Source of the DNA: the human T2T-CHM13v2.0 reference genome, Homo sapiens | Reading direction: 5' to 3' (one strand) | Assembly (NCBI RefSeq): GCF_009914755.1 | Contig: NC_060928.1 | DNA: 64,000 nt | In this document: positions 12,448 through 31,934 of the stretch, piece by piece | Position numbering within the stretch: position 1 is the first letter of the stretch | Layout of the letters: every line of letters begins with the position of its first letter | Position numbers and translations under genes: made by a program | The notes under the pieces: generated by a model | What the model saw: the letters and a program-made list of their open reading frames with translations, nothing else | Told to the model about the DNA's origin: nothing | Database searches by the model: none

Positions 12448-13700
12448 AAGCTGAAACTGGATCCCTTCCTTACACCTTATACAAAAATTAATTCAACAGG
12501 GATTAAAGACTTAAATGTTAGACCTAAAAATCAATTCAAGATGGATTAAAGACTTAAACATTAGACCTAAAACCATAGAAACCCTAGAAGAAAACCTAGG
12601 CAATACCATTCAGGACATAAGCATGGGCAAGGACTTCATGACTAAAACACCAAAAGCAATGGCAACAAAAGGCAAAATTGACAAATGGGATCTAATTAAA
12701 CTAAAGAGCTTCTTCACAGCAAAAGAAACTACCATCAGAGTGAACAGGCAACCTACAGAATGGGAGAAAATTTTTACAATCTACCCATCTGACAAAGGGC
12801 TAATATTCAGAATCTACAAAGAACTTAAACAAATTTACAAGAAAAAAACAAACAACTCCATCAAAAAATAGGCAAAGTATATGAACAGACACTTCTCAAA
12901 AGAAGTCATTTATGCAGCCAACAGACACACGAAAAAATGCTCATCATCACTGGCCATCAGAGAAATGCAAATCAAAACCACAATGAGATACCATCTCACA
13001 CGAGTTACAATGGCAATCATTAAAAAGTCAGGAAACAACAGGTTCTGGAGAGGATGTGGAGAAACAGGAACGCTTTTACACTGTTAGTGGGAGTGTAAAT
13101 TAGTTCCATCATTGTGGAAGACAGTGTGGCAATTCCTCAAGGATCTAGAACTAGAAATACCATTTGATCCAGCCATCCTATTACTGGATATATACCCAAA
13201 GGATTATAAATCATGCTGCTATAAAGACACATGCACACGTATGTTTATTGCGGCACTATTCACAATAGCAAAGACTTGGAACCAACCCAAATGTCACCAA
13301 TGATAGACTGGATTAAGAAGATGTGGCACATATACACCATGCAATATTATGCAGCCATAAAAAAGGACGAGTTCATGTCCTTTGTAGGGACATGGATGAA
13401 GCTGGAAACCATCATTCTGAGCAAACTATTCCAAGGACAGAAAACCAAACACCGCATGTTCTCACTCATAGGTGGGAATTGAACAATGAGAACACTTGGA
13501 CACAGGGTGGGGAACATCACACACTGGGGCCTGTTGTGAGGTGGGGGAAGAGGGGAGGGATAGCATTAGGAGATATACCTAATGTAAATGACTGACGAGT
13601 TAATGGGTGCAGCACACCAACATGGCACATGTATACATATGTAACAAATCTGCATGTTGTGCACATGTACCCTAGAACTTAAAGTAAAATTAAAAAAAAG
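12448..13700 (+). mobile_element. L1PA (~PA5/PA6) 3' ~1.25 kb, 5'-truncated; broken ORF2 C-terminus plus 3' UTR
   Basis: ORF track 12515-13482 gives L1 ORF2p C-terminal peptides ([29 protein letters not shown]-like 'FWRGCGE', TCTRMFIAALFTIAKTWNQPKC) broken by stops and frameshifts; G-rich 3' UTR and A tail. Confidence 0.97.
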
Positions 13701-13769
13701 AAATTATTGTATAGATGTTAACATTATGGAAAAATATCCATGGATTTAAAATGAAACACTGGAGTCATG

Positions 13770-15010
13770 TTTATCTTTTCTGCCTCTCACATCCGTCATC
13801 AACTTCACAGTAGTAATGTTGACTCAATTCTTATATGTAGTATCTTAACCTTTCTATTATATATTACCTCTACCCTCTGCACTATCACCATGGTCCAAGT
13901 GTCCTTCACCTATTTCTCAGAAGATGGCAACAACCTGTCTCACTAACAAAGTAATTTTATGTAGTTATCAAGGTAATCATTTTTAAATGCAAGTCCAATC
14001 AAAAGACTACTGTCTAAGTCTATTGGGGCTGCTGTAACAATATATCACAGACTGGGTAACATATAAACAACAGATTCTATAGCTCACAGTTCTGGAGACT
14101 GAGAGTCCAAGATAAAGGCACCAGCAGATTTGATATCTAGTGAGGGCCTATTCTTCATAGATGCTGCTTTCTGTGTGTTCTCACATAGTGGAAAAAGGCT
14201 AGGGAGCTTGATTAAGATTCACTGATGAGTGCACTTATCCAATTCATGAGGATGGTGCCCTCATGACTTAATCACACCCCAAAGGCCCTACCTCTTAATA
14301 CTACCACATTGGGTATTAGGTTCCAACATTTAATTTTTCGGGGGAGGACATCAACATTTATACCACAGCAAGTACTCTGTTTGAAAATGTTCTAAATCAC
14401 TTTTCATTTCACTCCTAGTCAAAGCCAGAATCTTATAATAATCTGTAAGGCTATAGATGATCTGGCCTTACCTTATCTCTCCAAATGCATCTACTGCTTT
14501 TGGCATCATTTAATACTTTTCATCTACACCAATTTCTCAGACATTCCTTAAAAAGTACAGACATGCTCATGTTTTCTGTCTTTGCGATTGCACTTCCTTG
14601 TAAATTGGACCCATCCCAGTATTCAAATAGATGTATTCCTTGTCTCCGTTAATGAATTTGTTAAGACTTTGGTTTAAATGCCATATTTTCAGTGAGGCAT
14701 TTCATGACGAATTTATGTAAAATGACACTGCTCCATTCCCTTCCAAATTATCTGTAGTCTTTACATCTATTTTCTGTTTAGTTTTTTTTCTTTATTACCA
14801 TGAAATACATGGCATATCTTACCACGCAACATGTACACAATCATATAATTATATACTTTTACTATAATTTACTCATTTATATGAATTATCTTTCTTCTCC
14901 CATTCTAGAATTCAAGCTCCAATAATAAAGATTTTTCTGCTTTGTTCTTCTGAGTCCCTTGTGCTGAGAAAACTCATCTAGCATATGGTAAGAATTCAAA
15001 AATTATGTTT
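13770..15010 (+). mobile_element. L2 3' fragment split by MLT1A
   Basis: 'ctgcactatcaccatggtccaag...', 'ggctatagatgatctggcct', 'ccattctagaattcaagctcca...aagattttt' L2 3' motifs. Confidence 0.65.
14011..14370 (-). mobile_element. MLT1A/MLT1A0 (MaLR) solo LTR
   Basis: TG...CA ends; 'ggggctgctgtaacaa...gctcacagttctggagactgagagtccaagat...ccctcatgacttaatcac'; near-TSD actac/agtac. Confidence 0.85.
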
Positions 15011-15217
15011 AGTAATTTCAAGAAAATTCTGTAAACAAGCAAAATTTGAAAAATATTTTAAATAGTTTAATATAAAAGTTAGAGACAAGATGTTTTTTCT
15101 AACTAGCATATTTGATGTATGATATTTTTTAGCTTCATACCTATTATCTGAGCTATTGCATGTAAATATTAGATATCACATTAAATTTGGATTATAAATA
15201 AATTAATAGAAAGTATT

Positions 15218-15519
<302 letters not shown>

Positions 15520-16061
15520 GTATTGATTGATTAATAAGAGGAGTTATCAATGAATAATGTCTTCTCTACTTATACTTTAACTGATTTTTAACAGATTCAT
15601 TAAACTATACTCTTCAAGGAAGTAACAAATAACTTAAGCACTTAGAACTTATCAGATATGAGTGTTACGTGTGTATTCTCAGTTTGTTATTTGGAAGTCA
15701 TTTTTATAATGCTGCATGTGCTTGAAGAGGGATTTCTCTTTAATTGTCATCATATTTCAGATGCACAGTGAGAAGCCCATTAACTATGACCTTGTCTGAG
15801 GAGAAAGCAGGGAAATAGTTAGAAGGATAGAATATTTTTTTGGAAGTACACAGTTGGCATCGAGACCAGATTTTCTTAGATCATTAATAAATATGCTCTA
15901 AATGTGAAGTCTTTAATGATTTTAAAATAAATTCTAACAAAAGAAATTCCAAAGGCTCCTCTTAAAATGTCTAATCAAGCATTACTGGCAGTATAAGCCA
16001 AAGAAGACAACATATAAAACTATAACAAAAACAATCCAGAACATTAATTACTATTTTAAAA

Positions 16062-16552
16062 ATATTTAGTTAACTATTACTGCAACACCAAAACTACTAA
16101 TATAATGAATTAAAATTACAATTTATAATTACTCCAAATTCTGTTGTTTAGATGGGTGGTTCTTCTGCTGGTTGCACCTGGGCTTACTCATGTGATTACC
16201 ACTAGCTAGTGGGTCAGCTGCCCTAGGAGACCAATGATGGCCTCACTCATTCTGGAAGCTTCTGGCTGGTTGTCAACTGAGGCACCTTGGCTCGCCTCCA
16301 CAGTCTCTATTTTCTAGATAGCTAGACCAGATTTTTTTATAAGATGGCAGAAGTGTTTCAAGAGGGTGAATGTAGAATAGTTGCAAAACCTCGTGTGGCT
16401 TGGGCTCCAGAACTCACACAAGGTCACTTCCACTATCATTTATTGGTCAAAGCAGGTCATGAGGGCTGCTGAGATGTAAGGGTTTGGGGGATCGGCTCCA
16501 CTTTTAACAAGAGGAGTAGACCAGAATCTATGATCATATTTAATTTACCACA
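16062..16552 (-). mobile_element. Old MaLR LTR (MLT1G/H-like)
   Basis: 'ggtggttcttctgctgg...gatggcctcactca...gtcacttccactatcatttattggtcaaagcaggtca'. Confidence 0.75.
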
Positions 16553-17382
16553 ATCCCATGAGACAATTTCATCAAATTTTGCAATAGGCTCTGAGTAACA
16601 GAGGTATCATTTAAGAGTTTATAATAGCATTTAGATTCATAGATAGAAGGTTTACTGATAAGATTTAGTGAAAGATAAAAAATTAGTCAATATAAGAATT
16701 CAATGTGATGTCCAATTGCACAGTTCATTTTTCTATAGCCACTTGGTGCTGTGATTTATTTTGATTGAAAATGAATTAAAATGTAAATAAAATGGTTTGT
16801 CAAATCAAAGTGGATGTAAAATCAAAGTTATCTACACAATGAATAAAATATAGGTATGATTGAGCTTCACAGTTCTATTTAATGAGCAGAATACAAAAGT
16901 ATAATGCATAATCGCTGACCATATAGATTTTCTAGTCCTAAAAGGAGATAATATATGGACATATTAAATGACTCAAACTTCCTGTTTTAGGGGCACTATT
17001 CCTGGGCATGCTGCTACCAGTGCAGTAACCAGGGCACTACCTACCATCATTAGCACCATTTTCAGATTACAGACAAGATACGAAGTGTAATGTCAAATCA
17101 CCAAATTCAAGCAGGATTAGATAAGAAGCTGAGGTTCAGAGAAAATGTGTGAGAACCCAGGGGCCATGATTTGTAGGCTCATCACAGACAGACGGAAATC
17201 AAACCAGATAAAAGTTCTTTAGGGCAAAGTTCAGGTGCTTTTATTGGCTTCTATTGAATGTGACTACTAGTTTATGCCAAGATCAAAGTTGCTGACATTA
17301 TACAGAGACAAAGGTGCCAACACCAAAAACACATGTAAGGGCTAAGTGAGTATTAAAGGCAGCCTGAAATAACATCCTAAAT

Positions 17383-17568
17383 CAATGATCCTCAAAGTTT
17401 AGTGTCCATGTACCTCAAGGGCTTGCTGAAGCACTGACTGGTGGGTCCCACTCTCAGAATTTCTTTTGATTGAGTAGGTCTGGGGTAGGACCTGAGAATT
17501 TGCATCTGTACCAAGTCCTAGATGGTACTATTGCCACTGGTACAAGAAACACACTTTAAGAAACACTA
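17383..17568. mobile_element. MER5A (hAT-Charlie)
   Basis: 'gagtaggtctggggtaggacctgagaatttgcat...cacactttaagaaacacta'; 8-bp TSD tcctaaat/tcctagat. Confidence 0.85.
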
Positions 17569-18339
17569 TCCTAGATAAAAAAAAAAAAAAATACCGCATC
17601 AGCCATCAAATATTATATCCTATGCTTTAGGTTGCCAGCATTTGGAACATCAGAAGCTTCTGCAGGATCTGACATCACTAATGCTTCTAGAAAGTTTATT
17701 TTTTAACTATCACTAATGTCTATTATATTTTACACCACTATCCTTCGATTCCATGCACAGGTAGCTGCATTTGTTTGGCAAAGTCTAGTTCATATGTTAA
17801 TGTTAGCTGCAAGTCAACTTCAACTCATAATTTCAGAAATTTCCCAAACATAAAAGTGTTTCTGATTCTGGACAGCCAACAGAAATGTCAAATGTGTGTT
17901 CCAGGAAGAGAGATCTCAGTTGGCAAGAGGGAATCTTAGCCTCTTCTGGATCTGGATATCTCAGGCCTCAATTTCAAGTCCAGATATAGTTAAGTTACTC
18001 TTATTTTGTATAGACGAAAGAAGGGCTCTGAAAAGCAGTGGCAGCCTGAACTCTAAACAGGTAATTATTACCCTAAGGCATGCCAAGTTAAAGACAACTA
18101 TTCTAAATATGTAGGAGCCAAAATATCTAATTTTGTTTCCCTTTTGGTATTTATTTCTATTTCCCTAACACCAAATCAATAGAAGCTTTTAACTTAAGTG
18201 TTCCAATCTTCTCTCAATTATACTGCCCCAAGGGCTCCTTTTGAAAGACGGGGAGAATTGTCTCTGTAAGAACTGATGTGATAATAATATTCTAGGTAAA
18301 TATTAAAAGGAGATAATACTCAGATGACAAAATTTGGGG

Positions 18340-18790
18340 TTCCAAGATTCCATGGCCATTTTCAATTCTATAGGATCTGGGATTTATCTTATAGACTGAA
18401 TGGTAAATTTAGTATAGAAGGTTACACAGAAGGCTATTTTAATAATGCTATGTGAGGGTTAAGGGTATGGGTTAGAATGATAAGGTGAAATAGACAGAAA
18501 TTTGGAAAAGGAATATCACATCATTTGAAGAAAAATGATGGGTCTCTGTGACTGAATAATTATAGGTACTGAAATATTTGCTTTAAGGATAATTGGAAAC
18601 ACAGGATACCATTATTAAAAGACAGACAAATTGGTAGAGGATCTGACTTGAAGAAAAAAGAAAACCATTTTGGATATATTGCATTTGTGGTCACAGAAAA
18701 ATATATTTATTTTGAGATATAATACTGAAGCATAGGAAACAGGTAGGTATTAGATATAAACTCAGTGGCTTTCTCCAAGCAGACAATGTT
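18340..18790 (-). mobile_element. Degraded L2
   Basis: 'gggatttatctt...gaaggctatttt...ttttggatatattgcatttg' L2 antisense pattern. Confidence 0.45.
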
Positions 18791-18828
18791 CAAAACGCTT
18801 GATAATAATGTGATAAAAAGTAAAATAA

Positions 18829-19125
18829 GGCCAGGCTCGGTGGCTCATGCCTGTAATCCCAGAACTTTGGGAGGCCGAGGCAGGCAGATCACCTAAGGTC
18901 GGGAGTTCGAGACCAGTCTGACCAATATGGAGAAACCCCATCTCTACTAAAAAATACAAAATTAGCCAGGCGTGGTGGTGCATGCCCATAATCCCAGCTA
19001 CTCAGGAGGCTGAGGCAGGAGAATGGCTTGAAGCCAGGAGGCGTAGGTTGTGGTGAGCCAAGATCGCAGTATTGCACCCCAGCCTGGGCAACAAGAGCGA
19101 AACTCTGACTCAAAAAAAAAAAAAA
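18829..19125 (+). mobile_element. AluSp, full length
   Basis: Sp diagnostics 'ggtcgggagttcgagaccagtctgaccaatatggagaaaccc' and 'caacaagagcgaaact'; TSD aaaaagtaaaata. Confidence 0.95.
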
Positions 19126-21254
19126 GTAAAATATTCTGAAATTTTTATGAAGAAAAATCATAACTGAAATTAGAAACTTTAGGAAAAAAAATTTATCTTT
19201 TTAAAAATATTTCCAAGTATTAAACTTTTGGGTATAGTGGAGAGCTAAAAGCCTAGTGTTACTGAATACCTGATGTCTATATGATGGGAAGAAATTAAGA
19301 AATATCATTGGAATTGTTGCCTACCGTGTGTTCCACATGACTTAGAAATGAAGGCATTATTGAGAGTAAGAATATTAATACTTAGGGAAACAATTTGCCC
19401 TCTGAACCTTTATCACATTGTAGTTTGTTGTATAAACAGCACCTAGAACAGTATTTAATATGTAATAAATTCTTAATAAATATATGGTTATATAATATGT
19501 GTATGGGCTTTGAACTGTGAAACAACAATGCTGCAATACTGAGTAGATGCAAAAAATAAACTCAGATTTTACATTTGTGAAAGTTGTTGAAATGGAATGC
19601 TCACTAATCTTCAAATGGTCCTAATCTCAGCATAGAATAGATGTAGAGTATTCATATAAAATGTTGGATCATAATTCAGAATGAACTTGAATTGGTCTTT
19701 GATTTTAGAAAACACATTTATACTCAAAACACAGGTATACTTAACAGACAGACTAATGAATGGAATGTACCTTCTTATTCTCATCCCATGACTACCAACA
19801 CTCAGCTACCAGCACTTATGATTTTGATCTAAACTTTGCGGTTTCTTAGAATTGCTCTGAGTCTATAAATTTGAACATTTTTTCTTAATGGCACAACCCT
19901 ATATATTCCAGCTCCCACTTACCTTATCTTAGTAAACTTTTTATATTACTTTCTAATAGATTGGCAAGCCCTCTTTTTATCCACCAAAATAAATATCTTG
20001 TTTGATTTACTGTTTTTCTTATATAACTTAGGCCCTGTGAAAAGTCCCTTCAATCAGTCTCCAAATCAAGTTTCTCATAATTCGCTCTTTCACTTTGTTC
20101 TTCCTGTTTTCCCTTCTAAAATATTTTTATAGCACTCATATCCATGAATTGCAATAGTTGGTTTGTGTGTTTCTCACTTATCTATACCATGATATCATTG
20201 AGGACAGGAGGACATTTAGTGCTATTTGTCTAAAGCCTCGCATGTCATTGTATTTGAAGGAATAAATTTGGAAAACTATAATAGTGTGAAAAATTAAATA
20301 TCTATAATAAGTTACTATGAGAAAAAGAGCAATGTATGCTTATTTGGAAAGAAGAAACATTGGACACACAGAAACTTACTGAGTAACATCATATACACTT
20401 GGAGAAGATAGACTGTTCAAAATAACCTCTGCCCAAATTATCAGAATTTAAAAACTTATATATATTAAATGCTTACAAATACATTTCTGACATTTAGATA
20501 CTGTATAGAGGATTATTATTAATATCTGTTCTATTACCTGGTCAGTATTTAGCCCCTTGCTTTTGTATCAATTCTGAGCATGTCCTTATGCATCAATAAT
20601 GCAGTGGATAGCAACGTTGATTGATACTTTTGCCTCTCCTTGGGGGAATAAAAAGCATAACAAAATGTTTTTCAGTATTAACTTTAAAAGTGGTTAGAAT
20701 TTACAAATTACTAGAGGTTGTAACACAAGATAATAACTAATATTAAGTTTAAATGTTCAGAGAAAAAATGTATTTAGAATGTATAAGATAAAAATCAACA
20801 AAGCTAAATATTTAATGTATCTCAAATATAAAATATATATATTACATACAATATATAAAATATAATGTAGGCCAAAATAAATATTCCAATATTTGTTTAC
20901 AAATAACTTATTCAAAATAAAATACTGTTAAAATTTAAAACCACATTTAATATTAAAATCAGTGAATTTACTAATTTTATATCATATATAAAATTATTAG
21001 ATTTGACAATTATATGTAGCAATTTAATTTGGTAGAAAAATATAATCTTTCCAAAAAATGGGCTTTATGTTTTTGACACCAAATTGTGAGAATTTTTATG
21101 TATGTATGTGAGTGTGTGTGCACATATTTTCATTTGTTGGAGAATTTATTTAGGACCCTAAATAACTGGAAGAGAGTTGAATAGATAATGATCAACGAAT
21201 TTCAAGTATTTCCTCAAGTTTCTTTTTCCTCAAATAACCTCAAATTTTGGTGGC

Positions 21255-21629
21255 TGTATTAGTCTGTTTTACCCTGCTATCAATAACTATCTTAGACTGG
21301 GTAATTTATGAAGAAAAGAGGTTTAATTGACTCAGAGTTCCACAAGCTTAACAGGAAGCATGACTTGGGAGGCCCCAGAAAAATTGCAATAATGGTGGAA
21401 GGTGAAGGGGAAGCAAGCACCTTCTTCACAAGTCAGAGCAGGAGAGAGAGAGAGAGAGAGAAGGGGGAAGTGCCACACAGTTTTAACCCATCAGTTCTCA
21501 TGAGAACTGACCGGTTATCACTAGAACAGCAAGGGGGAAATCTATCCCCATGATTCAGTCACCTCCCATCAGGCACCTCCTGTAAATCAACTTGAGATTT
21601 GGGCAGGGACGCAAATCCAAAGCATATCA
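21255..21629 (-). mobile_element. MSTA/THE1D-type MaLR solo LTR
   Basis: TG...CA ends, 'gactgggtaatttatgaagaaaagaggtttaattgactca'; perfect 5-bp TSD gtggc. Confidence 0.92.
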
Positions 21630-22559
21630 GTGGCTAATTTAGAAAAGAAAAATTCCTTTTAATGAAGGACTATTAAACAATTTTATTGATAAACACCTAA
21701 AACTTCTATTTTCTTCAATCATCTTCTTTAGTTTAGATTATCAATTTCATTAATGCTCTGTTCATATCCTGTTTGTCCAGAAAGTCTTATGTTAGGAATA
21801 AGATATTCTTGCCTGACAATTTTCCCCCTTATCTTTCTTACTTTTTTTTTCCTCTTTGCTTTATTTTTTCCCCATCTCCTCTCCCTTTCCTTCCTCCTCT
21901 TTCTTATCTATTTTTTTTGACAATTAACAAAAGAGCACAGAAAATTATAGACTCTGTAAAAGTCGGTAGAAATAGTACAATTTCCTCTTATAATAGTGGA
22001 GAAAACTATATTAAGGTATATGTAACACTATGAAAGTATTATAATATAAAATTTAATATATTTATCCTACTCAGATGAACATACTTTTCAATTAATACAC
22101 CAAGAATTCAAGAATATATCAAGAGAAGATAATTCACAGTGAAATAACTAATTTTTGTTACTAAATGGCAAAAGGAATTTTAGTAGTATTTGAATATATA
22201 ATCCTATGCATTTGTATTTTTAAGAACCATAATATTTTTCTACTTAACTTCTATTTCTCCAATTACTTATAAATTATGTTTTATTCTTGAGTAATTTGTT
22301 TTTTTATTTTAAATTTATAATTAAAATTCTTATAATGGACAGAAATTCATTACAGGTTTACACAGTTTATTATTTTGGCATCTATGTTCATGCATAATAT
22401 GTATTTTTTATAAAATAATTTTGTATTTGGTTAGTATTAGAGATAATATTTGATGTGGCTGTTATTTTTAAATAAATCTGGTTGAATTTTTTAAACGGAA
22501 AATTTACAACTCAATGTTGAAATCATAAACTTTCCAAAATATAATTAATTTTTAAACCT

Positions 22560-23975
22560 ACAAATACTTAGAAGTATGTTCCATGGTGGGAGTTGTCTTG
22601 TTCAGTAAAATAAGTCAGGAATTTGAAAAGTACAGGGAGAGAGGACAATGCGTACCATGCATACAATGTTGGCTGACGCTCTTAAGTTGCTTTGACACCC
22701 TACAACAAATGAAAAGCAGGACTGTTCACCAAAAATTGAAAACCATGCATGAAAGTCAGAATCCTCCTTGGTTGCTTACAAAGACAACCTTTTTTGCAGC
22801 TGTGGTAGAGCAGAAAAATGTAAAGATTAAACTCAGAATTTAATATTTAGAGTCTCTGAGCTTCAGAAACCATTGACTCTACAGATGATAAAAATGTGTA
22901 GTGCAAAATATATGACCCTGGGTCAAAAAGCCAGGCACTCTAACACATGGCATGGGAATATCTGGATGCATAATGCATACCACTCAAGATTTCAGCTCCT
23001 CACACTCTTTTATATCCCAAAGAATTTACAGAGTTGATCCACCATTCCCTAACAAGAATTATAACTATTCTTGAGTAAAAAGGCAATGAAGAGGCCTCTC
23101 TCCCACAACATAATATGATCTGCCCCCTGAAGAGTTTTTCCAACTTCTTGGTTGATGCTAATTTTAGCTTAATCTATCCAGGCATATGCAGGAAACTGTC
23201 AATGCTCAAAAGGGGCTGCAAAAGTTAGTCAGCATATTTTATCAAGAAATATGAAAGTTTCAGTATGACTGGGTTATGAGAATGCTTGATCAAGATGCCT
23301 GACATACAAGACTATACAAGACTGTAAAGTAGAGTTAATTGATTTGGAGATATTATTGATAAACATTATATAATACTATAATATCTTTGTAAGAAACCCA
23401 GGAAAAGGTGCTGACTATCTGTTTTGATGATTTCTATAAACTTGAAAAAATGAAAGCGCAGTTGAGTGATGTTAAAATATTTGAATTACTGTGGTAGGTG
23501 GTCATGGCAGAAGGGATTAAAATGCCCAGGGAACTGGGCATGGTGCAGTGGAGAACAAAAGAGCCACATTATTCAACAAGGTCACTGAGGTCACTAACTG
23601 ATGCCTGGTCACAGAGGCATCAGTTTCACTAAGAAGTTCAGTGGTAGGTGACTCTTTTTTTTTATAGCTAGAACTAATGGAAGGAAAGAATATAACACAG
23701 GTTGGTTTTAGGTATGAAGGGCCTCAAAGACCTAGAGATAAAATGATCATGCTAAAATCCCAGAAATCAGGCAGTCATAGTTATCATAAAACCAGCAAGT
23801 TCAGAGTGACAGTCAAGGGAGGTGAACCCTCATAGTATTATGCGAATGATACTGGAATACGGCAACCCTAAGGGCAAAATAAATGGATAGCCAATCAGGG
23901 CACTGCCTAACATAAAAAAATCAAAAGAAACCAATACAGATGATAGGGTCTGAAAGTGGTTACCTCAATAAAAAT
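22560..23975 (+). mobile_element. ERVL internal (HERV16/ERV3-16A3-like), decayed gag
   Basis: Degenerate remnants of ERVL gag motifs: 'acatggcatgggaatatctgg' (TW.G.IW), 'gactgggttatgagaatgcttgatcaag' (DW..R.LDQ), 'gaagggattaaaatgcccagggaactgggcatggtgcagtgg' (EGIK..RE.GM..W). Confidence 0.75.
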
Positions 23976-23994
23976 TTACAGCCCCAGATACCTT

Positions 23995-24588
23995 CAAACC
24001 ATTGCTGGAATAAATTAAAGAATACATAAGTAAACATATCCATGTTCATAGGTTAAAAAACAATATTGTTAAGATGTCAGCATTACCCAAAGTGATCTAC
24101 AAATTCAGTGAAATCCCTATAAAAATACCAATGAGTTTTTTTTGTAGATATAGAAAAACAAATTTTAAAATTCATATAGAATCTCAAGGGTCCCAGAATA
24201 GTCAGAACAAATTTGAAATAGAACAAAATGAGGGGACTCATACTTCCCGATTTCAGAGCATATTACAAAGCTGCAGTAATCAAAGCAGTTTAGTGCTCTC
24301 ATAAAAACAGACAGAGACAAATGAAATGGAATAAAAAGCCCAGAAACAAATTTTTACATATATGGCTAAATAATTTTTCACAAGGATACCCACACCATTC
24401 AATAGGGGAAAGGAGAGTCTTTTCAAAAAATGGTGCTAGAAAACTTGATATCCACCTGCAAATAAATGAAGTTAGACTCTTATCTGAGCTATATGCAAAA
24501 ATTAACTCAAAATTGATTAAACATGTAAAACTTAAATTTATACAACTCTTAGAAGAAAACAGGGCAAAGTCTTCATAACATTCAATTT
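23995..24588 (+). mobile_element. L1MB-type ORF2 fragment (left part; resumes at ~31935)
   Basis: ORF 24074 '[19 protein letters not shown]' is L1 ORF2-like; sequence is collinear with 31935 onward. Confidence 0.85.
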
Positions 24589-24960
24589 TGTTTTTAACTT
24601 TTACTTTGGATTCAGAGGGTACGTGTGTAGGTTTCTTACCTGGATATATTGCTTTATACTGAGGTTTAGGGTACAAATGATCCTGCAATTTGGGTATTGA
24701 GCATAGTACCCAACAGGTAGTTTTTTAGCCCATGTCCACCTCCTTCCCTCCATCCTGTGGTAGTCTCCAGTGTCCATTGTTCCCATCTTTATGTCTACGT
24801 GTACTCAATGTTTAGCTCCCCTTATAAGTGAGAACATGCAGTATTTGGTATTCTGTTTCTGTGTTAATTCACTTAGGATAATGGCCTCCAGTTGCATCCC
24901 TGTTACTGCAAAAGACATGATATTGTTCTTGTTTACGGTTGCATAGTATTCCATGGTGTA
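24589..24960 (-). mobile_element. L1PA15/16-like 3' end (last ~15 bp resume at 31916)
   Basis: 'gagcatagtacccaacaggtag...ttataagtgagaacatgcagtatttgg...tagtattccatggtgta'. Confidence 0.9.
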
Positions 24961-25316
24961 CGATATGGTTTGGCTCTGTGTGCACCCAGCCCCCTCCAAA
25001 TCTGTTCTGGTAGCTCCCATAATTCCCACGTGTTGTGGGGACCCAGTGGGAGATAATTGAATCATGGGGACGGGTCTTTTCTGTGCTGTTCTCATGATAG
25101 TGAATAAGTCTCAGGACATCTGATGGCTTTAAAAATGGGAGTTTGCCTGCACAAGCTCTCTCTTTGCCTGCCATCACCTGTGTAAGATGTGATTTTCTCC
25201 TCCTTGCCTTCCACCATGATTGTAAGGCTTCCCCAGCAACGTGGAAATGTGAGTCCTCCATTAAACCCCTTTCCTTTGTAAATTGCCCAGTCTCAAATGT
25301 CTTTATAAGCAGCATG
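24961..25316 (+). mobile_element. THE1B-like MaLR LTR lacking its last ~15 bp
   Basis: 'gatatggtttggctctgtg...gtagctcccataattcccacgtgttgtggg...gccttccaccatgattgtaagg...ttaaacccctttcctttgtaaattgcccagtctc...ctttataagcagcatg'. Confidence 0.92.
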
Positions 25317-31448
<6,132 letters not shown>

Positions 31449-31915
31449 TGAAACCGACTCAACAGTCTCATAGTTTTGTTGTTGCTGTTGTTGTTGTTGT
31501 TGTTGTTGTTGTTCTTGTTAAAAACACTTCTGGTCTTAAAGCTTGAAACTTACATTTGTTTTATCTGAGCTCCTACTCCAGGAATGAACCTTTAGGCCTC
31601 TCAAAAATTATTAAAGAACTCACTGGATCACTTCATCCAGACAATGAAATGTTAGACCCTGTGTTAATCATAATTGCTTCCATGCCCCTCCATAGTTTCT
31701 GTTTTCTTACACATTGTTACGTTTTTTCCTGCTATGTAAACCCCTAGTTTTAGTTGGTCAAGGGGGTGGATTTTTAGACCAATCTTCTGTCTCCTTGGCT
31801 GCAGCAACTGGCCAATTAAAGCCATCCTTTTTGGCAATAATTGTCTCGGTGATTGGTTTTCTTTGTGGTGAGCAGGCAGCAGGAACTAGACTGAACACCT
31901 GGTTTCTCCATAACA
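31449..31915 (+). mobile_element. ERV1 3' LTR (MER4-group, LTR54-like), contains (GTT)n
   Basis: TG...CA, preceded by PPT; 'ttctggtcttaaagcttgaaacttacatttgttttatctgag', TATA-like 'ctatgtaaaccc', 'attaaa' poly(A) signal. Confidence 0.8.
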
Positions 31916-31934
31916 CGTGTACCACATTTTTTAA

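Noticed and set aside
12515-13595. ORFs with clear protein homology (L1 ORF2p C-terminus)
   Set aside because: Fragments of a 5'-truncated L1 with stops and frameshifts and no promoter; not a gene
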